Origin: Candidatus Buchananbacteria bacterium CG10_big_fil_rev_8_21_14_0_10_33_19
GTDB taxonomy: Bacteria > Patescibacteriota > Patescibacteriia > 2-01-FULL-39-33
Reading direction: 5' to 3'
Length of the DNA stretch: 64,000 nucleotides
Assembly (NCBI GenBank): GCA_002773855.1
Contig: PEZY01000012.1
Coordinates: forward strand, 68,255-132,254
Position numbers and translations under genes: made by a program. Positions 1 through 10,370 of the stretch are shown here, piece by piece. Each line of letters starts with the position of its first letter. Within the stretch, counting starts at the first letter, position 1. The notes beneath the pieces are model-generated. The model was not told the DNA's origin and ran no database searches. It saw only the letters and a list, made by a program, of their open reading frames with translations.

Positions 1-1
1 A

Positions 2-1015
2 AAAGTTCCAACTTCGTTTGATGATTTTGCTTATGATAAATATTTAGCTCGTTATAGTATATATTCTGTTTGTGGCTTCGCGGATATTAATATAATTAAT
101 TATTCTAGTTATAATTTTTTATCTTTAATTAAATCTAAATTAGAAATTAGTTTAAATAAATCTATTGTCGAGCCCCAAGTGTCTATTATTCAGGCTATGC
201 TCTTGGGTAACCGGCGAAATATTCCTGCTAGTATATTGGCTGATATTTCTACGGTTGGGCTTAGTCATATTATTGCTATATCTGGTATGCATATTGCTAT
301 TATTGTAATGATCGTGGTGTATAGTTTGATAGCTTTGGGTATTATTCGGCAAAAAGCTTTTTGGGTGACCTTAGTTATTATTACTTTTTATGTCGCTTTG
401 ATTGGTTATCCAGCTTCGGCGGTTAGAGGTGCAGTGATGGCAATGTTAGTTTTGTATGCTAATAAAATTGGTCGTTTGAATTATTCGATTAACGCTATCT
501 TATTAGCGGCTAGTGCTATGCTTTTAATTAACCCTAGATTACTGTTAGCCGATGTGGGTTTTCAATTATCTTTTATGGCTGTCTTGGGTATAATATATTT
601 ATCACCAATTTTAAAATATAAATTTAGGCAATTGCCAGAGTTAGGTCAGTTAAAAAATATGGTAGTCGTAACTTTGTCGGCGCAAATTATGACCTTGCCA
701 CTAATTGTTTATTATTTTAATTATTTTTCATTATTGTCGATTGTTTCTAATATTTTGGTTTTACCAGTACTACCATTAATAATGATCTGGAGTATGATAG
801 TTGGAGTGGTCGGAATTTTTGCTCCGATGGTGGCAAATTTTTTTGGCTATGGTAGTTATTTTTTGATTAGTTATGTTTTGCTAGTTACTAAGTTGGTTAG
901 TAGAGCTTCAATATTTAAAATTGAATTATATTTTGATCAATTTTATTTTGGGGCTTTAGCTTATTTGGTAATTTTTATAGTGATTAGGAGATATAGATAT
1001 TTAATTAATTATTGA
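2..1015 (+). CDS. comEC: ComEC/Rec2-like competence membrane protein, 5' partial (reading frame open to the window edge)
   Basis: Frame is open from nt 2 with no stop, so the gene continues upstream. Multi-TM region with ComEC competence-domain-like motifs (GLSHIIAISGMHIAII). The listed ORF 179..1015 is only the part after an internal GTG. Confidence 0.55.
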   Translation, partial: KVPTSFDDFAYDKYLARYSIYSVCGFADINIINYSSYNFLSLIKSKLEISLNKSIVEPQVSIIQAMLLGNRRNIPASILADISTVGLSHIIAISGMHIAIIVMIVVYSLIALGIIRQKAFWVTLVIITFYVALIGYPASAVRGAVMAMLVLYANKIGRLNYSINAILLAASAMLLINPRLLLADVGFQLSFMAVLGIIYLSPILKYKFRQLPELGQLKNMVVVTLSAQIMTLPLIVYYFNYFSLLSIVSNILVLPVLPLIMIWSMIVGVVGIFAPMVANFFGYGSYFLISYVLLVTKLVSRASIFKIELYFDQFYFGALAYLVIFIVIRRYRYLINY

Positions 1016-1088
1016 CATATTCATTTATTTGTGATAAGCCTTAACGATCGTTCCTTAACAAAACAACCAACAACCAGAAAGGTGTATC

Positions 1089-2153
1089 ATGAAAGTGCTT
1101 ACCAAAGTTTTTTATCTGATTATTTTTATTAGTTTATTCTCTGGATGTCCTAGTGTAGAGAAAATAAAGTCTACTCAATCTAACGGTCAGCCGTTTAATG
1201 AAATTTGGAATGCTATTTATGATTTACAAAATCAAGTTAATAATATTCAGTTAATCCCTGGTCCAGTTGGTCCGCAAGGTGAAGTAGGCCCCAAGGGCGA
1301 TACTGGTGATAGAGGTGAACAAGGTCATAGAGGTGAAGTTGGACCACAAGGTGAGAGCGGTCAAAAAGGCGATACTGGCGATATCGGCCCACAAGGCAAT
1401 GATGGTTTGTCTAATTGGGATGAGGATAGGATATCTAGTTTAGAATCATCAGTTGCTGAATTAAGAGATATTGTTATGCCTTCTTTTGAGTCACCAGCAG
1501 TTGATAGTAATGTAGTTAATTTTGATGCTACTCAAGGACAGTATCTTGGTATTGATAACACTAATCAGTCTGGGTTGGATATTGTTGGTAGCTTAACGAT
1601 TGAGTGTTGGATTAAACTTAGGTCGTTGCCTAATAATGGCAACTATGCTATTTGTTCTAAATACATTGGTGACCCCAATAACAGTCGATCGTGGATTTTT
1701 TATTATTCTCATAGTTCTAACGGCTATCAATTAGGGATGATAATTTCTAGTAATGGCCATGATAATAATGATGTTCAAGTTAGATCATGGGATTATACTT
1801 TGGCAGTTGATCAATGGTATCATGTAGCCACGGTATTTAATCATTCGCTAGGTACTTATGAGATATTTGTAAATGGTGATAGTATTGGTAAATCATTTGG
1901 TAGTATCCATAGTATTTATAGTGGTACAGCACCATTTTTTGTTGGTAGATTATGGAATCATGGTTGGTATTTTGATGGATCGATTGATGATTTGCGAATC
2001 TGGAGTACTGCTCGCACCCAAAATGAGATTATTGGTAAAATGAATACAGAATTAACTAGTCAAGAGCCGTATTTAAATGCTTATTGGAAATTTAATGGTA
2101 ATACTTTGGACTCTTCAATTAATGGTAATAATCTAATTGGTTATAATTTTTAA
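1089..2153 (+). CDS. Lipoprotein with collagen-like G-X-Y triple-helix repeats and a C-terminal LamG/concanavalin-like domain
   Basis: Signal peptide with lipobox LFSGC. About 16 consecutive G-X-Y triplets ([46 protein letters not shown]). C-terminal [11 protein letters not shown]-type motifs typical of Laminin_G_3 jellyroll domains. Confidence 0.6.
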   Translation: MKVLTKVFYLIIFISLFSGCPSVEKIKSTQSNGQPFNEIWNAIYDLQNQVNNIQLIPGPVGPQGEVGPKGDTGDRGEQGHRGEVGPQGESGQKGDTGDIGPQGNDGLSNWDEDRISSLESSVAELRDIVMPSFESPAVDSNVVNFDATQGQYLGIDNTNQSGLDIVGSLTIECWIKLRSLPNNGNYAICSKYIGDPNNSRSWIFYYSHSSNGYQLGMIISSNGHDNNDVQVRSWDYTLAVDQWYHVATVFNHSLGTYEIFVNGDSIGKSFGSIHSIYSGTAPFFVGRLWNHGWYFDGSIDDLRIWSTARTQNEIIGKMNTELTSQEPYLNAYWKFNGNTLDSSINGNNLIGYNF

Positions 2154-2164
2154 TTTTAATAATA

Positions 2165-2191
2165 GCTCCTCAACTAAGAGGAGCTTTTTTT
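2165..2191. terminator. Bidirectional rho-independent terminator between convergent genes
   Basis: gctcctc-aactaa-gaggagc hairpin followed by a T run (A run on the other strand). Confidence 0.6.
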
Positions 2192-2204
2192 GTTGTCTTT
2201 AAGT

Positions 2205-3029
2205 TTATTCTATCGTTCTAATTTTAGTTGAAAAGTCTGGATCATCAGCGTATTTGAGAGCTCGATCATTAATCAAAAACATATCCATCGCTTCTTTCAA
2301 AGTTAAATCTGTATCAATTAGTCCTAAATCAAATGCTAGTTCAGCAGCATAGCCTGGCAGTAATACTTTATAGCTAAATGGAATTTTTTTTGGTGAAATA
2401 GTATTAATATGTCGGACTATGTTTGTGGTACAAGTATTGGTTAGAGTGTTGTAGAATTCAGGCTGGTCTTTAAGTTTATTTAGTCTGTTTATCATATTTA
2501 AAAATAAAGCCTGTTTTTTTTCTTTGGTTGTTTTGGCTGGGTAGATATAAACTTTGTCATTTCGATAGTTTGATCTTAATTTCACTACATCTTTTTCGTC
2601 AGCTACGATGTACATTATTTCGTATTGATTGAATAGCCCCTTGATAATTGAATATTCTTCATCTTTTTCATTTCTGGTTTCAACTGATATAGATACGTAT
2701 TCATTATCTTCAAACCCAAAGCTCAAAAAAGTATGAGCCAATCCAGAGAATTTGGAAAATGGCTCTAAAATAAAATCCACTGATTGTAATTTATTTAAAT
2801 CAAATTTTTTATCATAATAGTTAATATCATAATCATCGTTGCTACGGTAATTAAAATTTCTAATATTATAAATGGTTATTTCATTGCCGTTAATATCGGC
2901 ATAAGCTAGTATTTCTTTTGGTGTTTTCCAATCACGATCGTTTGATGGTTTGAACAAAAATAAAAAAGCAATATAAACTATTATTGCTAATAGTAAACTT
3001 AATAATATTAATTTGAATACTTTTTTCAT
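2205..3029 (-). CDS. Hypothetical membrane-anchored protein (N-terminal TM helix, large exported domain)
   Basis: 274-aa ORF with N-terminal hydrophobic anchor and KPSNDRDW motif. A distant resemblance to DUF4105-type periplasmic domains is an unverified impression. Confidence 0.4.
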   Translation of the reverse strand: MKKVFKLILLSLLLAIIVYIAFLFLFKPSNDRDWKTPKEILAYADINGNEITIYNIRNFNYRSNDDYDINYYDKKFDLNKLQSVDFILEPFSKFSGLAHTFLSFGFEDNEYVSISVETRNEKDEEYSIIKGLFNQYEIMYIVADEKDVVKLRSNYRNDKVYIYPAKTTKEKKQALFLNMINRLNKLKDQPEFYNTLTNTCTTNIVRHINTISPKKIPFSYKVLLPGYAAELAFDLGLIDTDLTLKEAMDMFLINDRALKYADDPDFSTKIRTIE

Positions 3030-3115
3030 TTATTTATTATAGCATATGAGTAATTAATTAATATGTTTACTACTTATTGATTACCTGCTTGTTGTATTTT
3101 TGATATAATTAATTC

Positions 3116-3970
3116 ATGAATAAAAAAATTGTTATCTTAATATTATTTGTATTTTTTTCTGCTCTAACCCTTTTAAATAATAATGGTCAGATTAAAGGCG
3201 CCACTGATAATAAATTAGCAGTTTATTTTCTAGACATTGGTCAAGGTGATGCTACGCTTATTCGCACTCCGGCTGGCGACGACATTTTAATTGATGGTGG
3301 ACCTAACAATACCTTGCTCCAAAAGTTGGGGGAGTATTTACCATTTTATGACCATAAAATTGAAACGATAATCTTAACACATCCCGATAGCGATCATGTC
3401 ACTGGTTTGGTAGAAGTAATCAAGCGCTATGAAGTAGACAGAGTTTTGATGACTAGAGTTTATTCGGATTCAACTAGTTACTTGTCTTTTTTAGCTGAAG
3501 TAGAAAAAAATAATATTACTGTTGAGGTAATTGATCAGCCAGAAGTGGTGGATTTTGGTGGTGGCGTGACGTTTGATATTATTTATCCGTTAGAAAATTT
3601 AGTCGGGCAAAAAGTAGATAGTACCAACAATACTTCGATTACTGGTAAATTAATTTATGCTAGTACCACGGTTATGTTGACTGGTGATTTAGAAAATGAA
3701 GAGGAGTTAGCGGCTAGACATTTAGATTTGAAATCTGACATTTATCACGTAGGACACCATGGTTCGAGCAACGCTAATGATCTAAGTTTTGTGTCGGCTG
3801 TTGAGCCACGTTATGCTGTTATTTCGGTGGGGGCAAATAATCATTACGGTCATCCTAACTATCGAACACTTAAGAATTTAGAAAAAGTAGCAGCTGAAGT
3901 TTTTAGAACCGATCAGTTGGGTGATATAATATTTGCCAGTGATGGCAGTAGTTGGGAGATTGTGAAGTAA
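3116..3970 (+). CDS. Secreted MBL-fold metallo-hydrolase resembling the ComEC C-terminal beta-lactamase-like domain
   Basis: Signal peptide. Motifs LDIGQGDATLI, ILTHPDSDHVTGL and HVGHHGSSNAN are typical of metallo-beta-lactamase fold / ComEC C-terminal nuclease domains. Confidence 0.6.
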   Translation: MNKKIVILILFVFFSALTLLNNNGQIKGATDNKLAVYFLDIGQGDATLIRTPAGDDILIDGGPNNTLLQKLGEYLPFYDHKIETIILTHPDSDHVTGLVEVIKRYEVDRVLMTRVYSDSTSYLSFLAEVEKNNITVEVIDQPEVVDFGGGVTFDIIYPLENLVGQKVDSTNNTSITGKLIYASTTVMLTGDLENEEELAARHLDLKSDIYHVGHHGSSNANDLSFVSAVEPRYAVISVGANNHYGHPNYRTLKNLEKVAAEVFRTDQLGDIIFASDGSSWEIVK

Positions 3971-4066
3971 GTAGACTTGACTTTTTGTAATTGTTATGGC
4001 AGATTAATTATTGATTGTACCTTTACATTTTTTAGATAGAAACACAAAAAAGGAGGAGATAGTTAA

Positions 4067-4918
4067 ATGAAGTCCAGGCAAAAAATAATGGTCAGTTGTT
4101 TTGTTGGCGGATTTTTTGGCACACTAGTGGCTATTGTTTCTGGTGTTGGTTTTTGGTGGCTAGGATTGCTGGTCGGGTTTTCGACGGGCTATTTGAGCTA
4201 TGAATTTCATCAAGTGTTAGCAGCTATACCGATTTTCTGGAAAAGTACAGTAAACGTGTTCTCAAAGACAGTCTGGCCCAAGTTGGTTAGATTATACAAA
4301 TATGATGAGCCGAGGCCATTTTTATTAGTAGGCTTTAGCTCGTTTGTGTTTATAACTACTTATTTATTTAGGTTGTCACCTGATTTAATATTGGACAACC
4401 TTGTGACTATACTTGGTTTATCACTATTCTTAGCAGTATTTATAGCCATCAGTGTATGTTTTATTGCCTGTGCAGGTGCTGACATTGTTGAAAAAGTATA
4501 TTGGGAAGGGACTATGATTGTTGAATCTAGTTTACTTAAAAGTAAAAAGGTGGATTTAACATATGCCCGCACCATTCGTTGGTTCCTAGAGGGATTAATA
4601 GCATTGCCGCTGCTAGTTGTATTTTTTGTGATAGCTAGTTTTCTATTATTGTGTTCACCATTAATTTTTTTGGTTTTGGCTTTAATCATGATTAGCTGGG
4701 AAATTATAAAATACATTTATTCAGATGAACGATTGACTTGTGGTTTTAGTGGTGCTATTGGTGTGTTACTGGCCATATCATATTTATTTTATAATCCCAA
4801 TTTATCTTGGGTAGAAGCGGTTATTTTAATGGTGTCAATTGGCGTAATTAGCTGTACTATTGGTGTGATTAGTTGGAAAGTTTTTCAATCTAAAAAAACA
4901 AATATTTGTCAGGCTTAA
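4067..4918 (+). CDS. Hypothetical polytopic membrane protein
   Basis: 283-aa ORF with multiple hydrophobic helices; no recognisable catalytic motif. Confidence 0.4.
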   Translation: MKSRQKIMVSCFVGGFFGTLVAIVSGVGFWWLGLLVGFSTGYLSYEFHQVLAAIPIFWKSTVNVFSKTVWPKLVRLYKYDEPRPFLLVGFSSFVFITTYLFRLSPDLILDNLVTILGLSLFLAVFIAISVCFIACAGADIVEKVYWEGTMIVESSLLKSKKVDLTYARTIRWFLEGLIALPLLVVFFVIASFLLLCSPLIFLVLALIMISWEIIKYIYSDERLTCGFSGAIGVLLAISYLFYNPNLSWVEAVILMVSIGVISCTIGVISWKVFQSKKTNICQA

Positions 4919-4938
4919 AAAACTTGGCATTTAAATAG

Positions 4939-4964
4939 CCTCACGTTTAACGTGAGGTTTTTTA
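4939..4964 (+). terminator. Rho-independent terminator
   Basis: cctcacg-tttaa-cgtgagg hairpin followed by TTTTTT. Confidence 0.65.
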
Positions 4965-5042
4965 TTTGTATTTCTTGTCAAAGTGTATTTTTTTTGGTAG
5001 AATAACCGTGATTATTAATTGTTTATTAAAGACTATAAAGAC

Positions 5043-5420
5043 ATGTCGAAGAAAAAAATTAAAGCTTTGCTGGTTGAAGATGACCAAATGATCGTACAGA
5101 TGTATAAAATCAGAATGGAAGATGAAGGTTGGGAGGTGTTTACTACTGATCGTGGTTCCGAGGCTATGAAGTTGGCTAAAGCTGAAAAACCAGATATTAT
5201 TTTGCTAGATATTATTTTACCAGAAGTTGATGGTTTCTCTATCTTAAAAGATTTAAGATCAGACACTACAACCAAAAAAATCCCAGTGATGATGCTAACC
5301 AATCTAGGACAAGAGTCCGATCAAAACAAAGGCCAGGAAATTGGTGTTGAAGGTTATCTAATAAAATCACAACATACACCAGGAGATGTAATTACTAAAA
5401 TTGAAAGTTTGCTTAAATAA
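5043..5420 (+). CDS. Single-domain response regulator (CheY-like receiver)
   Basis: KALLVEDD, ILLDIILPEVDG and conserved Lys region. Start taken at ATG 5043 (MSKKKIK) rather than the upstream ORF-track start. No kinase gene is adjacent. Confidence 0.7.
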   Translation: MSKKKIKALLVEDDQMIVQMYKIRMEDEGWEVFTTDRGSEAMKLAKAEKPDIILLDIILPEVDGFSILKDLRSDTTTKKIPVMMLTNLGQESDQNKGQEIGVEGYLIKSQHTPGDVITKIESLLK

Positions 5421-5436
5421 ATAAATTGTTAAAAAT

Positions 5437-5922
5437 ATGAGTTTACAATTAGAAAAAACATTGGTTATTTTAAAACCAGACGCTATGCAGAGAAATCTCT
5501 TAGGAGAAATTATTACTCGCTTTGAAAAAAAGGGTTTAAAGATAGTTGGTCTAAAAATGATTGAGCTAGAAGATATACTTTTAGACGATCATTATGCTCA
5601 CCACAAGGACAAACCATTTTTTGCCGGACTTAAAAATTATATGAAGAGTTCACCAGTAGTAGTCATTGCTTTAGAAGGCATCGAAGTAGTAGAGGCTGTT
5701 AGATTGCTTGTAGGCCCTACCAAGAGCCGAATTGCCGATGCTGGTAGTATTCGTGGTGATTACTCTATGAGTGGTCAAACCAATATTATTCATTCTTCTG
5801 ATTCATCAGAAAATGCCGCCGCCGAGATTAAAAGATTTTTTAAAGCTGAAGAATTGTTTAATTATAAAAAAATTGATTTTGAATTTTTATATGGTGATGA
5901 AGAAAGGGAAGAACTGGTTTAG
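5437..5922 (+). CDS. ndk: Nucleoside diphosphate kinase with C-terminal extension
   Basis: LVILKPDAMQRNLLGEIITRFEKKGLKIVGLKM and NIIHSSDS active-site region. About 30 extra C-terminal residues relative to canonical Ndk. Confidence 0.85.
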   Translation: MSLQLEKTLVILKPDAMQRNLLGEIITRFEKKGLKIVGLKMIELEDILLDDHYAHHKDKPFFAGLKNYMKSSPVVVIALEGIEVVEAVRLLVGPTKSRIADAGSIRGDYSMSGQTNIIHSSDSSENAAAEIKRFFKAEELFNYKKIDFEFLYGDEEREELV

Positions 5923-5945
5923 TAAAAAAAATATACAAAACAAAA

Positions 5946-5970
5946 ACACCCCAGAACGGGGTGTTTTTTT
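5946..5970. terminator. Bidirectional terminator shared by ndk and convergent rpmB
   Basis: acacccc-agaac-ggggtgt hairpin followed by a T run. The rpmB stop codon overlaps the T tract. Confidence 0.65.
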
Positions 5971-6145
5971 ATTTATCGTTTTTCTTTGCAGTTTTTAGAC
6001 AGCTAGTGCAAATTTTCATTTTCTTGCCATCCATCTTTTTGCTTTGAAGATTTATTTTCATTGTTCTTTTGGTTTTGACTTGCGAGTGACTGACATTGTT
6101 TCCAGTAGTAGTGCCTCGGCCGCAAACCTCACATACTTGAGCCAT
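5969..6145 (-). CDS. rpmB: 50S ribosomal protein L28 (58 aa; absent from the ORF track because under 60 aa)
   Basis: Manual minus-strand translation gives [58 protein letters not shown], matching the L28 family signature (CxxCGK...GNNVSHS...TKR...NLQ). Confidence 0.8.
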   Translation of the reverse strand: MAQVCEVCGRGTTTGNNVSHSQVKTKRTMKINLQSKKMDGKKMKICTSCLKTAKKNDK

Positions 6146-6258
6146 ATTATTATACTTTAAATTAGTTATGCATTAACTAAAATAGTGTAACATAATTGCG
6201 AAAATTGGTCAATTATGCTACTATAAGTAACAAGTTGAATTAATAAATACAAAATATT

Positions 6259-6888
6259 ATGCCGATAAATTGGCTTTTTTCCGAACCAATATTATTCATT
6301 TCCTGGATAGTGGCTATTTTAGTCACTTTGACTATTCATGAATTTTCCCATGCGGCTACTGCTAAATATTTTGGTGATAATACCGCCGAGGATATGGGCC
6401 GAGTTAGTCTAAATCCAATAGCTCATATTGACCCAATAGGCTTTGCGATGCTGTTATTTATTGGTTTTGGTTGGGCTAAGCCGGTACCAGTTAATCCGTA
6501 TAATCTGCGGAATCATCGACTGTCCAGCGCCTTAGTGTCACTGGCTGGGCCAGCTTCTAATTTAGTAGCCGCTATTGTTTTTAGTGTAATGTTGAGTATT
6601 TTGACACCAATTTTAGGTCCTCAGAATATGTTGGTTAATTTCTTATTTTTGCTAATTTTAGTCAATGTTATTTTAATGGTCTTTAATCTTATTCCAATCC
6701 CGCCATTAGATGGTTCAAAAGTGTTATTTAGCATTTTGCCTGATAAATATAATAATTTTAAAGAAAAATTCTCGATTAATGGACCATTTATCTTGATTTC
6801 CCTGGTTTTATTGGATAGTTTGCTAAATTTAAATATTTTTTCTAAGTTGTTTGGTTATGTTTTGGATATCTTAACTAGATTTTTATAA
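6259..6888 (+). CDS. Site-2 protease family zinc metalloprotease (peptidase M50)
   Basis: HEFSH zinc-binding motif in a TM helix plus NLIPIPPLDG (LDG) motif; polytopic. Confidence 0.7.
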   Translation: MPINWLFSEPILFISWIVAILVTLTIHEFSHAATAKYFGDNTAEDMGRVSLNPIAHIDPIGFAMLLFIGFGWAKPVPVNPYNLRNHRLSSALVSLAGPASNLVAAIVFSVMLSILTPILGPQNMLVNFLFLLILVNVILMVFNLIPIPPLDGSKVLFSILPDKYNNFKEKFSINGPFILISLVLLDSLLNLNIFSKLFGYVLDILTRFL

Positions 6889-6912
6889 TTGCTAGGTAAT
6901 ATTTTTTGCCAC

Positions 6913-6941
6913 TTGACTTATTAGCCAGAATTGTTTAAAAT
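6913..6941 (+). promoter_or_regulatory. Putative sigma70-type promoter of the rpsL-rpsG-fusA operon
   Basis: TTGACT, 17-nt spacer, TAAAAT, about 220 nt upstream of rpsL. Confidence 0.4.
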
Positions 6942-7160
6942 ATTCTCATTGAATCTGGTGCTGTAAAGATCAATAACTTCCGCATTCTTCATAAACAATT
7001 ATATACAAAATTAGAGTTCTATAATTGTGGTTCCCTAGTTTTTGGGAATTTTTTTAACTAATGAAGCCGGTGTTTATCGGCAACAATAAGATTGTCATCT
7101 CAAACAAAGGCGAAGCCAAAGTTGGGTGATCTTCATAAAACATATAATTTTAGAGTTATT

Positions 7161-7586
7161 ATGCCAACAATTAATCAATTATTAAGAAAAAGTCGGACTA
7201 GTATAAAGGCTAAGTCAAAGACTCCTGATTTGCAGATTACTTTGGACAGTTTACATCGCAAGAGAAAAATTGTTTCTAAAGGTAACCAGTTCAAAAGAGG
7301 TGTTTGTCTACAAGTTAGAACTACTACTCCTAAAAAACCAAACTCAGCTCTTAGAAAAATTGCTCGGGTGAGACTTTCTAATGGCCAAGAAGTTACTGCT
7401 TACATTCCAGGTGTGGGTCACAACTTACAAGAACACTCTATCGTGTTAGTTCGCGGTGGAAGAGTTAAAGATTTACCTGGTGTTAGATACCATGTTGTTC
7501 GTGGTGTTTACGATTCTGCCGGCGTTTCAGCTAGAAAACGTGGTCGAAGCAAATATGGCGCTAAGAAAGAAAAGGCAGCCAAATAA
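7161..7586 (+). CDS. rpsL: 30S ribosomal protein S12 (C-terminal basic extension)
   Basis: [10 protein letters not shown] start; KKPNSALRK and [11 protein letters not shown] motifs. The ORF-track N-terminus (7092) is an upstream extension without homology. Confidence 0.9.
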   Translation: MPTINQLLRKSRTSIKAKSKTPDLQITLDSLHRKRKIVSKGNQFKRGVCLQVRTTTPKKPNSALRKIARVRLSNGQEVTAYIPGVGHNLQEHSIVLVRGGRVKDLPGVRYHVVRGVYDSAGVSARKRGRSKYGAKKEKAAK

Positions 7587-7613
7587 TTTAATAATTGAAA
7601 CTATTAAAATACT

Positions 7614-8084
7614 ATGAGAGGAAAACAAGCGCCAAAACGACCAATTGCTCCTGATACTAAGTTTAATCGAACTGATTTAGCTAAGTTTATCAATTACATT
7701 ATGCAACGCGGTAAAAAAACTATTGCTGAAGATATTGTTTATGAAATGATGCAAATTATTTCTGATAAAACTCAATTAGATCCAGTAGAAGTTTTTGAAT
7801 CAGCTATTAGAAATGTATCGCCAACAGTAGAAATTAAGGGTCGTCGAGTTGGTGGTGCCAACTATCAAGTACCGATGGCTGTTCGATCAGAGAGAAGCTT
7901 TACTTTAGCTTGTCGTTGGTTGATTACTGCCTCAGCAGCTAAAAAGGGCAAGAAAATGTCAGAAAAATTAGCTGAAGAATTTATTGCAGCTCATAACAAT
8001 GAAGGAATTGCTGTTAAAAAGAAACAAGATACCTATAAAATGGCCGAAGCCAATAGAGCTTTTGCTCACTTTGGACGAAATTAA
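7614..8084 (+). CDS. rpsG: 30S ribosomal protein S7
   Basis: Typical S7 sequence (YIMQRGKKTIAE...VEIKGRRVGGANYQVP). Confidence 0.9.
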   Translation: MRGKQAPKRPIAPDTKFNRTDLAKFINYIMQRGKKTIAEDIVYEMMQIISDKTQLDPVEVFESAIRNVSPTVEIKGRRVGGANYQVPMAVRSERSFTLACRWLITASAAKKGKKMSEKLAEEFIAAHNNEGIAVKKKQDTYKMAEANRAFAHFGRN

Positions 8085-8182
8085 TAAATAATTTAAGTCA
8101 GTTGGTGTTTCGTGGTGGTGGCTGGTAGGAATTTATAAAATAGACCACAGCCTACAACCTACGGACTACAACCTAAACAATT
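8085..8182 (+). repeat. Bipartite intergenic element, instance a (GTGG/GTAG-rich arm, TTTATAAAAT, CTAC-rich arm ending ACCTAA then ATG)
   Basis: taaataatttaagtcagttggtg...ggtagg aatttataaaat agaccacagcctacaacctacggactacaacctaaacaattATG; see findings. Confidence 0.5.
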
Positions 8183-10327
8183 ATGCCCAGAAAACAAACA
8201 TTAGACAAAATTCGTAATATTGGGATTATTGCCCATATTGATGCCGGAAAAACCACTGTTTCCGAAAGAATTTTATTTTACACCGGAAAAAAACATAAAA
8301 TTGGTGAAGTTCATGAAGGTGAAGCTACTATGGATTGGATGGAACAAGAACAGGAAAGAGGTATTACTATTACTTCAGCGGCGACTACTTGTTTTTGGCC
8401 CAATGCCGCTTGGTTAGGCGGTGGTGATATTCAAATTAATATTATCGATACCCCTGGTCACGTAGACTTTACCGCTGAAGTAGAAAGATCACTCCGCGTT
8501 TTAGACGGTGGTGTGATTGTTTTTGATGGTGTAGCCGGTGTCGAACCTCAATCAGAAACTGTGTGGCGCCAATCAGAAAAATATCATGTGCCAAAAATTG
8601 GTTTCATCAATAAGATGGACAGAATGGGCGCTGATTTTTACTATGATTTAAAAACTATCTACGACAGATTAACGCCTCATGCTCATCCTGTTCAATTACC
8701 AGTTGGTGCGGCTGATACCTTTACCGGTATTATCGATTTGTTTGATATGAAAGCTCGAATTTATTCTGATGATATGGGTACTAAATGGGAAGATACCGAA
8801 ATTCCAGATGATGAAAAAGACAGAGCGGCTGAGTATCGAGCAAAATTAGTTGAAGCGATTGTGGAAAATGATGAAGCTTTGATGGAAAAATATTTAGCTG
8901 GTGAAGAAATCCCAGTAGCGGATTTGAAAAAAACTTTAAGAGCAGCAGTTATTGCTAATAAAATTGTGCCAATTATGTGTGGTTCAGCTTTAAAGAACAA
9001 AGGTGTTCAATTTTTGTTAGATGCTGTTTCTGAATACTTACCATCACCAATGGATATCGATCCACCAATGGCTCATGATCCAGATGACATAACAAAAGAA
9101 ATTAAAGTAGAAGTAAAAGACGAGGCGCCATTAATGGGCTTGGCATTTAAAATTGCCACCGATCCATTTGTTGGTAAATTAGTATTCTATCGAGTTTATA
9201 GTGGCGTTCTACGATCTGGTTCTTATGTTGTTAATCAAACTACTGGTGACAAAGAAAGAATCGGCCGTATTTTAAGAATGCACGCCAACTCTCGGGAAGA
9301 AGTTCAAGAGGTTTATTCCGGTGAAATTGCCGCTATCGTTGGTCTAAGAAGTACCACTACTGGTGACACTATCTCTGATCCAACTGTTAAGGTGTTGTTA
9401 GAAAACATTACTTTCCCAGATCCAGTTATTGATATTGCGGTTGAACCAAAAACTAAAGCGGATCAAGAAAAAATGGGCTTAGCTTTGTCTAAATTAGCGG
9501 AAGAAGATCCAACTTTTAGAGTAAGAACTGATGAAGAAACTATGCAGACGATTATTTCTGGTATGGGTGAACTTCATTTGGATATTATTGTGGATCGGAT
9601 GCGACGTGAATTTAAAGTGGAAGCGAATATTGGTAAACCTCAAGTAGCTTATCGTGAAACTATTAAAGGTTCAGCTCAAGCTGAAGGTAAATATATTAAA
9701 CAATCTGGTGGTCGCGGACAATACGGCCATTGTTGGATTAAATTAGAACCGACCGAAAAAGAAGCAGAAGGTGTTCAAAAAGAGTATGTGTTTGTGGACG
9801 AAATTAAAGGTGGAGCTGTACCAAAAGAATTTATTAAACCAATTGATAAAGGTATTCGTGAAGCGATGGCTAGAGGTATTATCGCTGGCTTCCCACTGAT
9901 TAATGTTAAGGCTACATTGTATGACGGATCTTTCCATGATGTTGACTCTTCTGAAGGCGCCTTTAAAATTGCTGGTTCCATGGCTTTCCAAGATGCCGCT
10001 AAAAGATCACAACCAATTTTACTAGAACCAATTATGAAAGTAGAAGTGATTACCCCAGAACAGTTTATGGGTGACGCTATCGGCGACTTAAATTCTCGTC
10101 GAGCAATTATTGGTAATATGGAAGATAGAGGTATTGGGGCTTCTGCGGTCAAAGTGATTAGTGCTGAAGTACCATTATCTGAGATGTTTGGTTATATGAC
10201 TACACTTAGGTCTCTAACTCAAGGCCGAGCTTCTTATACTATGGAATTTTTGAAATATAACGAAGTGCCAAAGAATGTAGAGGAAAAGATTAAAGAAGAA
10301 AGAGGAACTGCGAAAACTAGAATCTAA
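8183..10327 (+). CDS. fusA: Elongation factor G
   Basis: [10 protein letters not shown]-domain, full-length 714 aa, canonical position after rpsG. Confidence 0.95.
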   Translation: MPRKQTLDKIRNIGIIAHIDAGKTTVSERILFYTGKKHKIGEVHEGEATMDWMEQEQERGITITSAATTCFWPNAAWLGGGDIQINIIDTPGHVDFTAEVERSLRVLDGGVIVFDGVAGVEPQSETVWRQSEKYHVPKIGFINKMDRMGADFYYDLKTIYDRLTPHAHPVQLPVGAADTFTGIIDLFDMKARIYSDDMGTKWEDTEIPDDEKDRAAEYRAKLVEAIVENDEALMEKYLAGEEIPVADLKKTLRAAVIANKIVPIMCGSALKNKGVQFLLDAVSEYLPSPMDIDPPMAHDPDDITKEIKVEVKDEAPLMGLAFKIATDPFVGKLVFYRVYSGVLRSGSYVVNQTTGDKERIGRILRMHANSREEVQEVYSGEIAAIVGLRSTTTGDTISDPTVKVLLENITFPDPVIDIAVEPKTKADQEKMGLALSKLAEEDPTFRVRTDEETMQTIISGMGELHLDIIVDRMRREFKVEANIGKPQVAYRETIKGSAQAEGKYIKQSGGRGQYGHCWIKLEPTEKEAEGVQKEYVFVDEIKGGAVPKEFIKPIDKGIREAMARGIIAGFPLINVKATLYDGSFHDVDSSEGAFKIAGSMAFQDAAKRSQPILLEPIMKVEVITPEQFMGDAIGDLNSRRAIIGNMEDRGIGASAVKVISAEVPLSEMFGYMTTLRSLTQGRASYTMEFLKYNEVPKNVEEKIKEERGTAKTRI

Positions 10328-10342
10328 ACTTTATATAAAAAA

Positions 10343-10370
10343 ACACCTCGCCGGAGCGGGGTGTTTTTAT
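10343..10370 (+). terminator. Rho-independent terminator after fusA
   Basis: acacctcgc-cgga-gcggggtgt hairpin followed by TTTTT. Confidence 0.65.

Noticed and set aside
5771-5998. 75-aa plus-strand ORF
   Set aside because: Overlaps the ndk 3' end, the terminator hairpin and the rpmB 3' end; low-complexity translation.
7092-7160. N-terminal extensions in ORF-track coordinates for rpsL (7092), rplE (19987), rpsE (22238), tpiA (38126), bcp (45211) and the SpoU methylase (55353)
   Set aside because: Homology begins at internal ATG codons. The upstream parts overlap neighbouring genes or intergenic elements.
8761-10152. Several antisense or alternate-frame ORFs inside fusA (8761..9000, 9743..9991, 9775..10152); similar ones inside tuf, rplC, rplD, rpsC/rplP, secY and sufB
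   Set aside because: Shadow ORFs within well-supported conserved genes; no independent start signals.
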